Origin: Dietzia sp. PP-33 | GTDB taxonomy: Bacteria; Actinomycetota; Actinomycetes; Mycobacteriales; Mycobacteriaceae | Assembly (NCBI RefSeq): GCF_033790845.1 | Contig: NZ_JAMYEI010000008.1 | Location: 39,044-63,043 of the forward strand | DNA: 24,000 nt | Direction of reading: 5' to 3' | Part shown: in pieces, positions 13,775-23,316 of the stretch | How positions within the stretch are numbered: position 1 is the first letter of the stretch | Layout: every line of letters starts with the position of its first letter | Notes under the pieces: generated by a model | The model's database searches: none | Seen by the model: only the letters and a program-made list of their open reading frames with translations | Told to the model about the DNA's origin: nothing | Position numbers and translations under genes: made by a program

Positions 13775-14455
13775 CTACTGCAGTCCCTCGGCCACCCGGT
13801 ACGGGGCTCCCGTGGCGGAGGCCACCTGCTCGAGGGTCACCCCGTCGACCACCTCGATCAGGGTGAGCCCGTCGGAGTCGCGATCGAACACCCCCAACTC
13901 GGTGATGATCCTGTCCACGCAGCCCAGTCCGGTGAGCGGCAGCGAGATCTCGGGGACGATCTTGGACGAGCCGTCCTTGGCCACCTGGTCCATCACCACG
14001 ACGATGCGGCGGGCACCCACCACGAGGTCCATCGCGCCGCCCATGCCCTTGACCATGGCGCCGGGGACCATCCAGTTGGCGATGTCGCCGGCCGGGTTGA
14101 CCTCCATGGCTCCGAGGATGGCCACGTCGATCTTTCCCGAGCGGATCATCCCGAAGCTGGTGGCCGAGTCGAAGATCGAGGACCCGGGGAGCGTGGTCAC
14201 CGTCTCCTTGCCTGCGTTGATCAGGTCCGGGTCGACATCGTCCGGGTGCGGGTACGGGCCGATACCCAGCAATCCGTTCTCGGACTGCAGGGTGACGTTG
14301 ACGCCCTCGGGGACGTAGTTCGGCACCAGGGTCGGCAGACCGATCCCGAGATTGACGTACTGGCCGTCGGAGAGTTCGAGGGCCGCGCGGGCGGCCATGG
14401 CCTTGCGGTCGCGGCCGAGCCGGGCGGGCGTGGCGTCAGGTGCGGCGGTGCTCAT
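13775..14455 (-). CDS. scoB: 3-oxoacid (succinyl-CoA:3-ketoacid) CoA-transferase subunit B
   Basis: The ATG at 14455 overlaps the scoA TGA (TGATG). The SENG catalytic-Glu motif is present ([15 protein letters not shown]). Length 226 aa. Confidence 0.9.
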   Translation of the reverse strand: MSTAAPDATPARLGRDRKAMAARAALELSDGQYVNLGIGLPTLVPNYVPEGVNVTLQSENGLLGIGPYPHPDDVDPDLINAGKETVTTLPGSSIFDSATSFGMIRSGKIDVAILGAMEVNPAGDIANWMVPGAMVKGMGGAMDLVVGARRIVVVMDQVAKDGSSKIVPEISLPLTGLGCVDRIITELGVFDRDSDGLTLIEVVDGVTLEQVASATGAPYRVAEGLQ

Positions 14456-15231
14456 CAGCGCTGTCCTTCCGAGGGCGGGTTGGTCGTGGTCTTCTCGATC
14501 CACTTGGTCTGCTCCACCTGCTCCGGGGTGAGCTGCACCAGGCGGTGCACGTAGATGCCGGGCAGATGGATGTCGTCGGGGGCCAGCTCGCCGACCTCGA
14601 CGATCTTCTCCGCCTCGACGATGCACACCCGGCCGGCCATCGCGGCCAACGGCGAGAAGTTGCGGGCGGTGAGGTTGAACCGCAGGTTACCGCTGCGGTC
14701 CGCGACCGCGGCCCGCACGAGCGAGAAGTCGGCCTCGATGGCCTGCTCGAGCACGTAGGTCTCGCCGCGGATCTCTCGGGTCTCCTTGGGCGGCGAGGCC
14801 AGCGCGACGCCGCCGTCGGAGTCGTACTTCCACGGCATCCCGCCGTCGGCCACGTAGGTACCCACGCCCGTGCGCGTGTAGAACGCCCCGATCCCGGAGC
14901 CACCGGCGCGCATCCGCTCGGCGAGCGTGCCCTGCGGCGTCAGCTCCACCTCGAGCTCACCGGACAGGTACTGGCGCGCGAACTCCTTGTTCTCGCCCAC
15001 GTAGGAGGAGACGATGCGCCGGAGCTTGCCGGACTCCAGGAGCATGCCGAGGCCCTTGCCGTCGACACCGGCGTTGTTGGAGAACACCTCGAAGTCCCCG
15101 ACGTCGCGGGCCGCGAGTGCCTCGATGACGACCTGCGGGATCCCGCACAGTCCGAACCCGCCGGCGGCGATCGACGCCCCGTCCGGGATGTCCGCGACGG
15201 CCTCCACCGCGGTCATGATCTTGCTGGACAT
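14455..15231 (-). CDS. scoA: 3-oxoacid CoA-transferase subunit A
   Basis: The sequence begins [33 protein letters not shown] and contains [14 protein letters not shown] 15231 lies 7 nt after AAGGAG, whereas the ATG at 15237 is too close to the SD. Length 258 aa. Confidence 0.9.
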   Translation of the reverse strand: MSSKIMTAVEAVADIPDGASIAAGGFGLCGIPQVVIEALAARDVGDFEVFSNNAGVDGKGLGMLLESGKLRRIVSSYVGENKEFARQYLSGELEVELTPQGTLAERMRAGGSGIGAFYTRTGVGTYVADGGMPWKYDSDGGVALASPPKETREIRGETYVLEQAIEADFSLVRAAVADRSGNLRFNLTARNFSPLAAMAGRVCIVEAEKIVEVGELAPDDIHLPGIYVHRLVQLTPEQVEQTKWIEKTTTNPPSEGQR

Positions 15232-15263
15232 ACACATACTCCTTGTCAGATCTGGGGAGGTCG

Positions 15264-16913
15264 TCAGGCGATGCCGAGGATCTCGATGGCCGTCTTTCGC
15301 ATGTCGACCTTGCGGACCTTGCCGGTGACGGTCATCGGGAACTCGTCCACCACGTGGACATACTTCGGGATCTTGTGACGGGCCAGCTTGCCGGTGGCGA
15401 AGTCGCGCACCTCGTCTGCCGTCAGGTCGTCGCGCCCCGGCTTGAGGCGGACCCACGCCATGAGCTCCTCACCGTACTTCGGATCCGGGACCCCGATCAC
15501 CTGGGCGTCGAGGATGTCGGGATGGGTGTAGAGGAACTCCTCCACCTCGCGCGGATAGATGTTCTCGCCGCCGCGGATCACCATGTCCTTGATGCGGCCG
15601 GTGATCGTGACGTACCCGTCGGCGTCCATCTCCCCGATGTCACCGGTGTGCATCCACCCGTCGGCGTCGAGCGCCTCGGCGGTCTTCTCCGGCTCGTTCC
15701 AGTACCCGACCATCACGCTGTAGCCCTTGGTGCAGAACTCCCCCGCCTCCCCGCGCGGCAGGGTCTGCCCCGACTCGGGATCGACGATCTTGATCTCCAG
15801 GTGCTGGCCGACCCGCCCGACGGTGGCGACGCGGCGATCCAGCGAGTCGTCGGCACGGGTCTGGGTGGACACCGGGGAGGTCTCGGTCATGCCGTAACAG
15901 ATCGACACCTCCTCCATGTTCATCTGGTCGATCACCTGACGCATGGTCGCCTCCGGGCACGGCGAACCCGCCATGATCCCGGTACGGAGGGACGACAGGT
16001 CGTAGGAGTCGAAGTCCTCCAGTGCGAGTTCGGCGATGAACATGGTCGGCACGCCGTACAGGCTCGTGCACTCCTCCTGCTCGACCGCCCGCAGCGAGGC
16101 GGCCGGGTCGAACGCCGGCGCGGGGATCACCATGCACGACCCGTGGGTGGTGCACGCGAGGTTGCCCATCACCATGCCGAAGCAGTGGTAGAAGGGCACC
16201 GGAATGCAGACCCTGTCCAGTTCCGAGTAGTTGATCGTCTCGCCCACGAAGAACCCGTTGTTGAGGATGTTGATGTGCGAGAGGGTGGCGCCCTTGGGGA
16301 ATCCCGTCGTGCCCGAGGTGTACTGGATGTTGATGGGGTCGCCGGCGCCGAGTCCGGCGCGGATCCCGTTCAGTTCCTCGGCGTCGGTGGGCCCCGACAT
16401 CATCGACTCCCACTCCTCGTCGCCGAAGAGCACGACCACCTCGAGGTCCGGGCAGCTCGGCTGGACCTGCGAGAGCATGCCGGTGTAGTCGGAGTCCTTG
16501 AACTGGGGCGCCGCGACGACGGCCTTGATGCCGGCCTGCTTGAGCACGTACTCCAACTCGTGGACGCGGTAGGAGGGGTTGATGTTGACCAGCACCGCGC
16601 CGATCTCGGCGGTGGCGTACTGGATCATCACCCACTCCCAGCGGTTGGGAGACCAGATGCCGACGCGGTCGCCGGTCCGGATCCCGAGCCGAAGCAGCCC
16701 CGAGGCCAGCCGTCGGACGTCCGCGTGGAAATCGGTGTAGGTCCAACGGCGCCCGGCCTGGACGTCGACCAGGGCATCGCGGTCGCCGAACCGTTCGACC
16801 GTGGTGGCCAGGTTGTCGGCGATCGTCTGCGTGAGCAGCGGGACGTCGGTCTCACCGCGCGTATGGGACAGTGCGGGGTCGAGGGGGGTGGAATCGAGAT
16901 CGGTGGTGGTCAT
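15264..16913 (-). CDS. AMP-forming acyl-CoA synthetase/ligase (FadD35-like, short/medium-chain)
   Basis: The AMP-binding motif is [12 protein letters not shown], with TGD and a C-terminal GKVRK also present. ATG 16913 lies 7 nt after AAGGAG. The 850-aa track ORF is a spurious upstream extension. Length 549 aa. Confidence 0.88.
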   Translation of the reverse strand: MTTTDLDSTPLDPALSHTRGETDVPLLTQTIADNLATTVERFGDRDALVDVQAGRRWTYTDFHADVRRLASGLLRLGIRTGDRVGIWSPNRWEWVMIQYATAEIGAVLVNINPSYRVHELEYVLKQAGIKAVVAAPQFKDSDYTGMLSQVQPSCPDLEVVVLFGDEEWESMMSGPTDAEELNGIRAGLGAGDPINIQYTSGTTGFPKGATLSHINILNNGFFVGETINYSELDRVCIPVPFYHCFGMVMGNLACTTHGSCMVIPAPAFDPAASLRAVEQEECTSLYGVPTMFIAELALEDFDSYDLSSLRTGIMAGSPCPEATMRQVIDQMNMEEVSICYGMTETSPVSTQTRADDSLDRRVATVGRVGQHLEIKIVDPESGQTLPRGEAGEFCTKGYSVMVGYWNEPEKTAEALDADGWMHTGDIGEMDADGYVTITGRIKDMVIRGGENIYPREVEEFLYTHPDILDAQVIGVPDPKYGEELMAWVRLKPGRDDLTADEVRDFATGKLARHKIPKYVHVVDEFPMTVTGKVRKVDMRKTAIEILGIA

Positions 16914-16966
16914 CTCGGTGCTCCTTGAAGGTGTGGCGGACGGCCCACGAAGTGGGGGTTGCAGTA

Positions 16967-17833
16967 TCAGGTGGTGACGGCCGCGGCGCGACGCATCGTC
17001 GCCTCGGCCTGGCGGAAGACGGGGCCGTCGACCATGCGGCCGTCCAGCTGGAAGACGCCCTGGTTGCTCTCGGCGGCAGCGAGGACCTTCCGGGCCCAGG
17101 CCACCTCGTCGTCGTCGGGCGCGTAGGACTGCCGGACCACCGCCACCTGGGACGGATGGATACAGGCCGTGCCCACGAACCCGAGCGCGACGGCGTCGAG
17201 CGCCTCGGCGCGCTGACCCGCCTCGTCGGCGATGTCGAGGTGGACCGAGTCCACCGCCCAGCGCCCGAACGCCGCCGCGGCGAGCGCGACCTGCGCACGG
17301 GCGTGCCGGGGGACGTCTCGGTACTCCCCCGCGACCCGGGGGCCTCCCGCCTCGACGTCCGAGAAGCGGCTGGTGGAGCCGCCCATCGCCGCCAGCAGGT
17401 CCTCGGCCCCCCACATCATCCCGGAGCATCCGGGGGCGGCGGCGATCTCCGCAGCGCGGATCACGCCGAGCGGGGTCTCGACCAGGGCCAGCACCGCGGC
17501 GCCGGTCGCCGAGTGAACGTCGGCGACCTGTGCGGCGGACTCGGTCTTGGCGAGCATGACGCACCGGTAGTCGGTGTCGGCGAGGGCCGCGAGGTCGGCA
17601 TCGTGGTCGTCGGAGCCCACCGGGTTGACGCGCACGATCGTGTGCTCCGGATCGAGAGCCGACGCCCGCAGAGCCTCGCGGGCAGCCGGGCGGGACTCGG
17701 GCGCGACCGCGTCCTCGAGGTCCACGATCACCACGTCCGCACGCTCGGCGGCCTTGCCGTACCGCTCCGGTCGGTCGGCCGGGCAGAACAACAGTGCCGG
17801 ACCGGGCGGGGTCCACACGGGCGCCGGGGTCAT
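16967..17833 (-). CDS. citE: HpcH/HpaI-family CitE-like acyl-CoA lyase (citrate lyase beta-like; Rv2498c-type beta-hydroxyacyl-CoA lyase)
   Basis: The sequence begins [30 protein letters not shown] and contains ETPLGV and WGAEDL. The ATG 17833 overlaps the MaoC TGA as ATGA. Length 288 aa. Confidence 0.85.
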   Translation of the reverse strand: MTPAPVWTPPGPALLFCPADRPERYGKAAERADVVIVDLEDAVAPESRPAAREALRASALDPEHTIVRVNPVGSDDHDADLAALADTDYRCVMLAKTESAAQVADVHSATGAAVLALVETPLGVIRAAEIAAAPGCSGMMWGAEDLLAAMGGSTSRFSDVEAGGPRVAGEYRDVPRHARAQVALAAAAFGRWAVDSVHLDIADEAGQRAEALDAVALGFVGTACIHPSQVAVVRQSYAPDDDEVAWARKVLAAAESNQGVFQLDGRMVDGPVFRQAEATMRRAAAVTT

Positions 17834-18339
17834 GCCGATCCCTGGCCCGTGGACTCGGTGGGGCGCTTGCGGACCAGGGTCTTGCGGACGGCCTTGGCCA
17901 CGATGTCGCCGTGTTGATTGCGTCCGATGTGCTCGAGGGTCACGATGCCCTCGCCCGGACGCGACTTCGATTCCCGCTTCTCGGTGCACACGGTCTCGGC
18001 GTAGAGGGTGTCCCCGTGCAGCATCGGCTTGGGGAAGCTGACCTCGGAGAAGCCCAGGTTGGCCACGATGGTGCCCTGCGTGAGCTGGGCGACCGACAGT
18101 CCGACGAGGGTCGAGAGCGTGTGCATGGAGTTCATGAGCCGCTCCCCGCCGAAGCCCGGCTGCTCGGCCGACCACGCGGCGTCCAGGTGCAGGGCCTGGG
18201 TGTTCATGGTCAGTGTGGTGAACAGGACGTTGTCCGTCTCGGTCATCGTGCGGCCCGGGCGGTGGAGATAGGCGGTGCCGACCTCGTACTCCTCGAACCA
18301 CAGACCACGCTGGAGAACCTCTTTGCGGGTCTCGGACAT
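17830..18339 (-). CDS. MaoC-like (R)-specific enoyl-CoA hydratase/dehydratase (Rv2499c-type)
   Basis: 169 aa with a hot-dog fold pattern ([23 protein letters not shown] ... GDTLYAE...). It starts 2 nt after the acyl-CoA dehydrogenase stop. Confidence 0.85.
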   Translation of the reverse strand: MSETRKEVLQRGLWFEEYEVGTAYLHRPGRTMTETDNVLFTTLTMNTQALHLDAAWSAEQPGFGGERLMNSMHTLSTLVGLSVAQLTQGTIVANLGFSEVSFPKPMLHGDTLYAETVCTEKRESKSRPGEGIVTLEHIGRNQHGDIVAKAVRKTLVRKRPTESTGQGSA

Positions 18340-18341
18340 CT

Positions 18342-19499
18342 CTACAGCCCCAGCCCGCGCGCGATCAGCATGAGCTGGACCTCGGTGGTGCCCTCGCCGA
18401 TCTCGAGGATCTTGGAATCGCGGTAGTGCCGGGCGACCAGGTACTCGTTCATGAAGCCGTAGCCGCCGTGGATCTGGGTGGCATCGCGGGCGTTGTCCAT
18501 GGCCGCCTCCGAGGAGACCATCTTGGCGATGGCGGCCTCCTTCTTGAAGGGCTTGCCCGCCAGCATGAGACGCGCGGCCTCGTAGTAGGCACAGCGCGCG
18601 GTGTGGGCGCGGGCCTCCATGCGGGCGATCTTGAAGGAGATCGCCTGGAACGAACCGATCTTCTGGCCCATGGACTCGCGCTCACGCGCGTACCTGACCG
18701 ACTCGTCGACGCAACCCTGGGCGGCACCGGTGGCCACCGCGGCGATCGCGATGCGGCCCTCGTCGAGGATCGACAGGAAGTTCGCGTAACCGCGCCCCTC
18801 CTCACCGAGGATGTTGTCCGCCGGGACCCGCACGTCGGCGAAGGTCAGCGGGTGCGTGTCGGAGGAGTTCCAGCCGACCTTGTCGTAGGCCGGTTCGACC
18901 GTGAAGCCGGGCGTGCCCGACGGGACGATGATGGTCGAGATGGCCTTCTTCACCGATCCGTCCGCGGCCCGCCGCTCCCCGGTCACCGCCGTGACGTTGA
19001 CCAGCGAGGTGATGTCGGTTCCCGAGTTGGTGATGAACTGCTTGTTGCCGTTGACCACCCACTCGTCGCCGTCACGCTTCGCGGTGGTCTTGGTGGCCCC
19101 TGCGTCCGATCCCGCACCGGGCTCGGTGAGGCCGAAGCCCGCGAGCTTCGTGCCCGTCGCGAGATCGGGCAGCCACGTGTTCTTCTGCTCGTCGGTGCCG
19201 AAGTGGTAGATCGGCATCGCGCCGAGGCCCACTCCGGCCTCGAGCGTCATGGCGGTCGACTGGTCGACGCGGCCCAGCTCCTCGAGCGCCAGGGAGAGGG
19301 CGAAGTAGTCGCCGCCCATGCCGCCGTACTCCTCGGGGAAGGGCAGACCGAACAGGCCCATCTCGCCCATCTTGGCCACGATCTCGTACGGGAACGTGTG
19401 GTTGCGGTCGTGCTCCGCCGAGGCGGGGGCGACCACCTTGTCGGCGAACTCCGCGACGGTGACCTTGAGGTCCTGGTAGTGCTCTTCCAACTCAGGCAT
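18342..19499 (-). CDS. Acyl-CoA dehydrogenase (isovaleryl-CoA dehydrogenase-like; FadE19 position)
   Basis: ACAD motifs are present ([10 protein letters not shown], a C-terminal catalytic Glu in [10 protein letters not shown], and QIHGGYGF). ATG 19499 gives [11 protein letters not shown] and overlaps the accA stop by 8 nt (ATGCCTGA). Length 385 aa. Confidence 0.9.
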   Translation of the reverse strand: MPELEEHYQDLKVTVAEFADKVVAPASAEHDRNHTFPYEIVAKMGEMGLFGLPFPEEYGGMGGDYFALSLALEELGRVDQSTAMTLEAGVGLGAMPIYHFGTDEQKNTWLPDLATGTKLAGFGLTEPGAGSDAGATKTTAKRDGDEWVVNGNKQFITNSGTDITSLVNVTAVTGERRAADGSVKKAISTIIVPSGTPGFTVEPAYDKVGWNSSDTHPLTFADVRVPADNILGEEGRGYANFLSILDEGRIAIAAVATGAAQGCVDESVRYARERESMGQKIGSFQAISFKIARMEARAHTARCAYYEAARLMLAGKPFKKEAAIAKMVSSEAAMDNARDATQIHGGYGFMNEYLVARHYRDSKILEIGEGTTEVQLMLIARGLGL

Positions 19500-21591
19500 C
19501 GGTTTCTCCTTGGGGATCCTCGGTGGAGGGGTGGGGCTCGACCGTCGCGAGCAGGTGATCGGCGGGCACCTGCTCGCCGGTGGAGACGTGCAGCCGGACC
19601 ACACCGTCGACCGGCGCGGTGAGCGCGTGTTCCATCTTCATGGCCTCGACGGCCAGGACGTTCTGCCCTGCGGTCACCTCGTCGCCGTCGTCGACGAAGC
19701 AGGCGATGACCGAGCCGGGCATGGGGCTGAGGATCTGACCGTCCGACATGCCGGCGTCGTGGATCCGGGAGTCGATCAGCGGGAGCATCCGCAGGTCCCA
19801 GGTCCCGCCGTCGCCGGCCACCCAGAAGGTGTCCGCAGCCCTGTGGTCACGGGAACGGACGACGGTCCAGCGCTGCTGGGTGCCGTCGACGGTCAGTCGG
19901 AGCGACCCGCCGTCGCGGGCGACCCTGGCCCGGTGCCGGGAGGAGACCTCGGGTTCGGCCGTGGAGCCGATGGTCGCGTCGGTGATGGTGACCTCGGCGT
20001 CGTCGGGGGTCCCCTTGAGTCCGACGGTGACGGCATCCGAACCCGGACCTGAGTCCAACCGGGTCCACACCTCGGCGCGCCCACCGACCCGCCAGCCGTT
20101 GGGCACGTCCCACGGACCCCGCCGGTTGGCCGGCACGCGGGCCCAGCGCTCCTCGGTGCGGTGCATGGCCACGGCGACCAGTGCACCCTCGGGCGCCGGG
20201 GTGGCGGTGTAGTTGTCGACCGTGCGGTCGAGCAGACCCGTGTCGAGATCACCGGCCACGACCTCCGGCTGCGAGAGCAGGAAGCGACAGAAGTCGATGT
20301 TGGTCCGCAGGCCCAGGACGTGGGTACTGGCCAGCGCGGCGTCGAGACGGGCCAGCGCCTCGCCGCGGTCGGCGCCGTGCGCGATGACCTTGCCCAGCAT
20401 GGGGTCGTAGTCGCTGCCGACGACCGTGCCGACGCGCAGGCCGGAGTCCACGCGGATCCCGCTGCCCGTGGGCTCTTCGAGTCCGAGGACGGTGCCGCCG
20501 GTCGGCAGGAAGCCCTTGGCCGGGTCCTCCGCGTAGACGCGCGCCTCGATCGCGTGACCGGTGAGGGTGATGTCCTCCTGGCGCAGCGTCAACTCTTCGC
20601 CCGCGGCGATGCGTACCTGCCAGTCCACCAGGTCCACGCCGGTGACCATCTCGGTGACCGGGTGCTCGACCTGCAGTCGGGTGTTCATCTCCATGAAGAA
20701 GAACTCGTCCGGAGCTTTGGCCGAGACGATGAACTCGACGGTGCCGGCGCCCACGTAACCCACCGAGCGGGCGGCGTCGCACGCGGCGGTGCCGATTCGC
20801 TGACGGGTGACCTCGTCGAGCAGCGCGCTGGGCGCCTCCTCGATGACCTTCTGGTGGCGGCGCTGCAGGGAGCACTCACGCTCGCCCAGGTGGATGACGT
20901 TGCCGTGGGTGTCGGCGAGGACCTGCACCTCGATGTGGCGCGGGGTGTCGACGAACCGCTCGAGGAACAGCGTGTCGTCGCCGAAGGCACCTGCCGACTC
21001 GCGGCGGGAGGAGTCGAGCGCGGCGCGCAGGTCCTCCGCTCGCTCCACGCGGCGCATGCCCTTGCCGCCGCCGCCCGCGGACGGCTTGACGAGAACCGGG
21101 TACCCGACCTCCTCGGCGCCGGCGACCAGGTCGTCGTCGGTCAGTCCGGGCCGGGAGATCCCGGGCACGGTGGGAACGTCCCGGGCCGACACCGCGGCCT
21201 TGGCCGTGATCTTGTCGCCCATGGTCTCGATCGCGGTGGCCGGAGGCCCCACGAAGATCAGGCCCTCCTCCTCGAGCGCCCGCGCGAACCGCGAGTTCTC
21301 GGACAGGAAACCGTAGCCCGGGTGGACGGCCTGCGCGCCCGTCTGGCGGCACGCGTCGATCACCTTCTCGAAGTCGAGGTAGGACTGCGTGGCCGGGGCC
21401 GGGCCCAGACGAACGGCGGCGTCGGCCATGCGCACGTGCAGCGCGTCGGCGTCGGCATCCGAGTACACGGCGACCGAGCGGATTCCCGCCGCCCGCAGCG
21501 AGCGGATCACGCGGCACGCGATCTCGCCGCGGTTGGCCACCAACACGGTGTGGAGTTTCTGGGACAATTCCTCTGACATGGGGCTTCTCAC
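19492..21591 (-). CDS. accA1: Biotin-dependent acyl-CoA carboxylase alpha subunit (biotin carboxylase + BCCP; methylcrotonyl-CoA carboxylase alpha by context)
   Basis: The ATP-grasp biotin carboxylase N-terminus is [15 protein letters not shown] and GYGFLSEN. The C-terminal biotinylation motif is EAMKME. GTG 21591 overlaps the accD TGA (GTGA); the alternative start is ATG 21579. Confidence 0.9.
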   Translation of the reverse strand: MRSPMSEELSQKLHTVLVANRGEIACRVIRSLRAAGIRSVAVYSDADADALHVRMADAAVRLGPAPATQSYLDFEKVIDACRQTGAQAVHPGYGFLSENSRFARALEEEGLIFVGPPATAIETMGDKITAKAAVSARDVPTVPGISRPGLTDDDLVAGAEEVGYPVLVKPSAGGGGKGMRRVERAEDLRAALDSSRRESAGAFGDDTLFLERFVDTPRHIEVQVLADTHGNVIHLGERECSLQRRHQKVIEEAPSALLDEVTRQRIGTAACDAARSVGYVGAGTVEFIVSAKAPDEFFFMEMNTRLQVEHPVTEMVTGVDLVDWQVRIAAGEELTLRQEDITLTGHAIEARVYAEDPAKGFLPTGGTVLGLEEPTGSGIRVDSGLRVGTVVGSDYDPMLGKVIAHGADRGEALARLDAALASTHVLGLRTNIDFCRFLLSQPEVVAGDLDTGLLDRTVDNYTATPAPEGALVAVAMHRTEERWARVPANRRGPWDVPNGWRVGGRAEVWTRLDSGPGSDAVTVGLKGTPDDAEVTITDATIGSTAEPEVSSRHRARVARDGGSLRLTVDGTQQRWTVVRSRDHRAADTFWVAGDGGTWDLRMLPLIDSRIHDAGMSDGQILSPMPGSVIACFVDDGDEVTAGQNVLAVEAMKMEHALTAPVDGVVRLHVSTGEQVPADHLLATVEPHPSTEDPQGETDA

Positions 21592-23177
21592 ATCCTGAAG
21601 ACGCCGTTGTTGACCGGCTCGAGGGGGGCGTTGGCCGCGGCCGCGAGGGCCAGGCCGAGGACGGTGCGGGTGTCGGCGGGGTCGATGATCCCGTCGTCCC
21701 AGAGGCGGGCCGTGGAGTAGTACGCGGTGGACTGCTCCTCGAACTGCTCACGGATGGGCGCGGTGAACTCCGCCTGCTGCTCGTCGGTCCACTCACCGCC
21801 CGCCTTGGTCACCTGCGCGGCACGGACCGACGCGAGGGTGTCCGCCGCCTGCGGCCCGCCCATCACGGCGATCCGGGCGTTGGGCCACATCCACAGGAAG
21901 CGCGGCGAGTACGCACGGCCACACATCGAGTAGTTGCCGGCGCCGAAAGAACCGCCCACGACCACCGTGAACTTGGGGACGCGCGCGCACGCCACGGCGG
22001 CGACCATCTTGGCACCGTTCTTGGCGATGCCGCCCGCCTCGTACTGGCGGCCGACCATGAAGCCGGTGATGTTCTGGAGGAAGATCAACGGGATCTTGCG
22101 GCGGTCACACAACTCGATGAAGTGCGCGCCCTTGAGCGCGGACTCGGAGAAGATGACGCCGTTGTTGCCGATGATCCCCACAGGATGACCGTGGATGTGC
22201 GCGAACGCGGTGACCATCGACGTGCCGTAGTCCTTCTTGAACTCGGTGTACTCGCCGCCGTCGACGACGGTGCCGATGATGTCGCGGACGTCGTACGGGG
22301 TCCGGGAATCGACCGGCACCAGGTCATAGAGGTCGGTCTGCGGGCGTACGGGCTCACGGGACTCGAGCACCTCCCAGTCCGGCTCGGGCGCCGGCGGACA
22401 GGTCGCGATGATCTCGCGGACCTTCATCAGGGCGTCGTAGTCGTCGTCGGCCAGGTGGTCCACCACGCCCGAGGTCTTGGCGTGCAGATCGCCACCACCG
22501 AGATCCTCGGCGGTGACCTCTTCCCCGGTGGCCGCCTTCACCAGCGGCGGACCGGCGAGGAAGATCGTGCCCTGGTTACGGACGATGATGGCCTCGTCGC
22601 TCATCGCCGGGACGTAGGCACCGCCGGCGGTGCAGGACCCCATGACGGCGGCGATCTGCGGGATCCCCTGGGCCGACATGGTGGCCTGGTTGTAGAAGAT
22701 GCGGCCGAAGTGGTCCCGGTCCGGGAAGACGTCGTCCTGCTGGAGCAGCATCGCTCCGCCCGAGTCCACCAGGTAGATGCACGGCAGGTTGTTGGCCAGC
22801 GCCACCTCCTGGCCACGGAGGTGCTTCTTGACCGTCATCGGGTAGTAGGTGCCGCCGGAGACCGTCGCGTCGTTGGCGATCACCAGGCACTCGCGCCCGG
22901 ACACGCGGCCGATCCCGGCGACGACGCCGGCGCCCGGCGCCTTACCCCCGTACATCTCCTCAGCGGCCAGCGGGGAGAGCTCGAGGAACGGGCTACCGGG
23001 GTCCAGGAGAACGTCCACGCGCTGGCGGGCGAGCAGCTTGCCCCGCTCGAGGTGACGGGCGCGGGCCTTCTCCCCGCCGCCCAGCGCGGCCCGCTCGAGG
23101 CGGTCGCGGAGGTCGGTGAGGAGTTCCTCGTGCGCCTGGCGGTTGGTGGTCGGGTGATCGGTGGTCGCGGAAGTCAT
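21588..23177 (-). CDS. accD1: Acyl-CoA carboxylase carboxyltransferase beta subunit (methylcrotonyl-CoA carboxylase beta by context)
   Basis: 529 aa. Carboxyltransferase N and C domains are present ([54 protein letters not shown]). The SD AAGGGAG lies about 8 nt upstream of ATG 23177. Confidence 0.9.
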   Translation of the reverse strand: MTSATTDHPTTNRQAHEELLTDLRDRLERAALGGGEKARARHLERGKLLARQRVDVLLDPGSPFLELSPLAAEEMYGGKAPGAGVVAGIGRVSGRECLVIANDATVSGGTYYPMTVKKHLRGQEVALANNLPCIYLVDSGGAMLLQQDDVFPDRDHFGRIFYNQATMSAQGIPQIAAVMGSCTAGGAYVPAMSDEAIIVRNQGTIFLAGPPLVKAATGEEVTAEDLGGGDLHAKTSGVVDHLADDDYDALMKVREIIATCPPAPEPDWEVLESREPVRPQTDLYDLVPVDSRTPYDVRDIIGTVVDGGEYTEFKKDYGTSMVTAFAHIHGHPVGIIGNNGVIFSESALKGAHFIELCDRRKIPLIFLQNITGFMVGRQYEAGGIAKNGAKMVAAVACARVPKFTVVVGGSFGAGNYSMCGRAYSPRFLWMWPNARIAVMGGPQAADTLASVRAAQVTKAGGEWTDEQQAEFTAPIREQFEEQSTAYYSTARLWDDGIIDPADTRTVLGLALAAAANAPLEPVNNGVFRM

Positions 23178-23192
23178 CAGTGCCGCTCCCTT

Positions 23193-23214
23193 TCAGTTAA
23201 GTCGGATTAACTGA
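23193..23214. promoter_or_regulatory. AT-rich perfect palindrome TCAGTTAA-N6-TTAACTGA (candidate repressor operator of the accD1 operon)
   Basis: The 8-bp arms with a 6-nt spacer lie 16 nt upstream of the accD1 ATG. A minus-strand TATGGT -10-like hexamer (23225..23220) sits just upstream, so the site would cover the TSS or early leader. Confidence 0.45.
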
Positions 23215-23285
23215 GTTTGACCATAGTGCCCTGCCTCACAGAAGTCCAGAGTGCGCGACCTGAATCCTCACTCGCAGGTCTAGAT

Positions 23286-23309
23286 TTATGCAACCAAATG
23301 GGTGCATAA
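23286..23309. promoter_or_regulatory. Second AT-rich palindrome TTATGCA-N10-TGCATAA (candidate autoregulatory operator of the ArsR-family gene)
   Basis: The perfect 7-bp arms lie immediately after a plus-strand TAGATT -10-like hexamer (23281..23286) and 8 nt before GTG 23317. Confidence 0.4.
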
Positions 23310-23316
23310 TGGGCGG

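Noticed and set aside
15264-17816. An 850-aa ORF that appears to fuse the acyl-CoA ligase to a long N-terminal domain. Similar long N-terminal extensions occur at 2350..3705 (galU), 16967..18301 (citE), 18342..19604 (ACAD), 14455..15456 (scoA), 13775..14626 (scoB) and 10304..11023 (rpmE2).
   Set aside because: The extensions are Arg/Pro/Gly-rich, overlap the upstream gene in another frame, and have internal start codons with good SD spacing that give canonical family N-termini.
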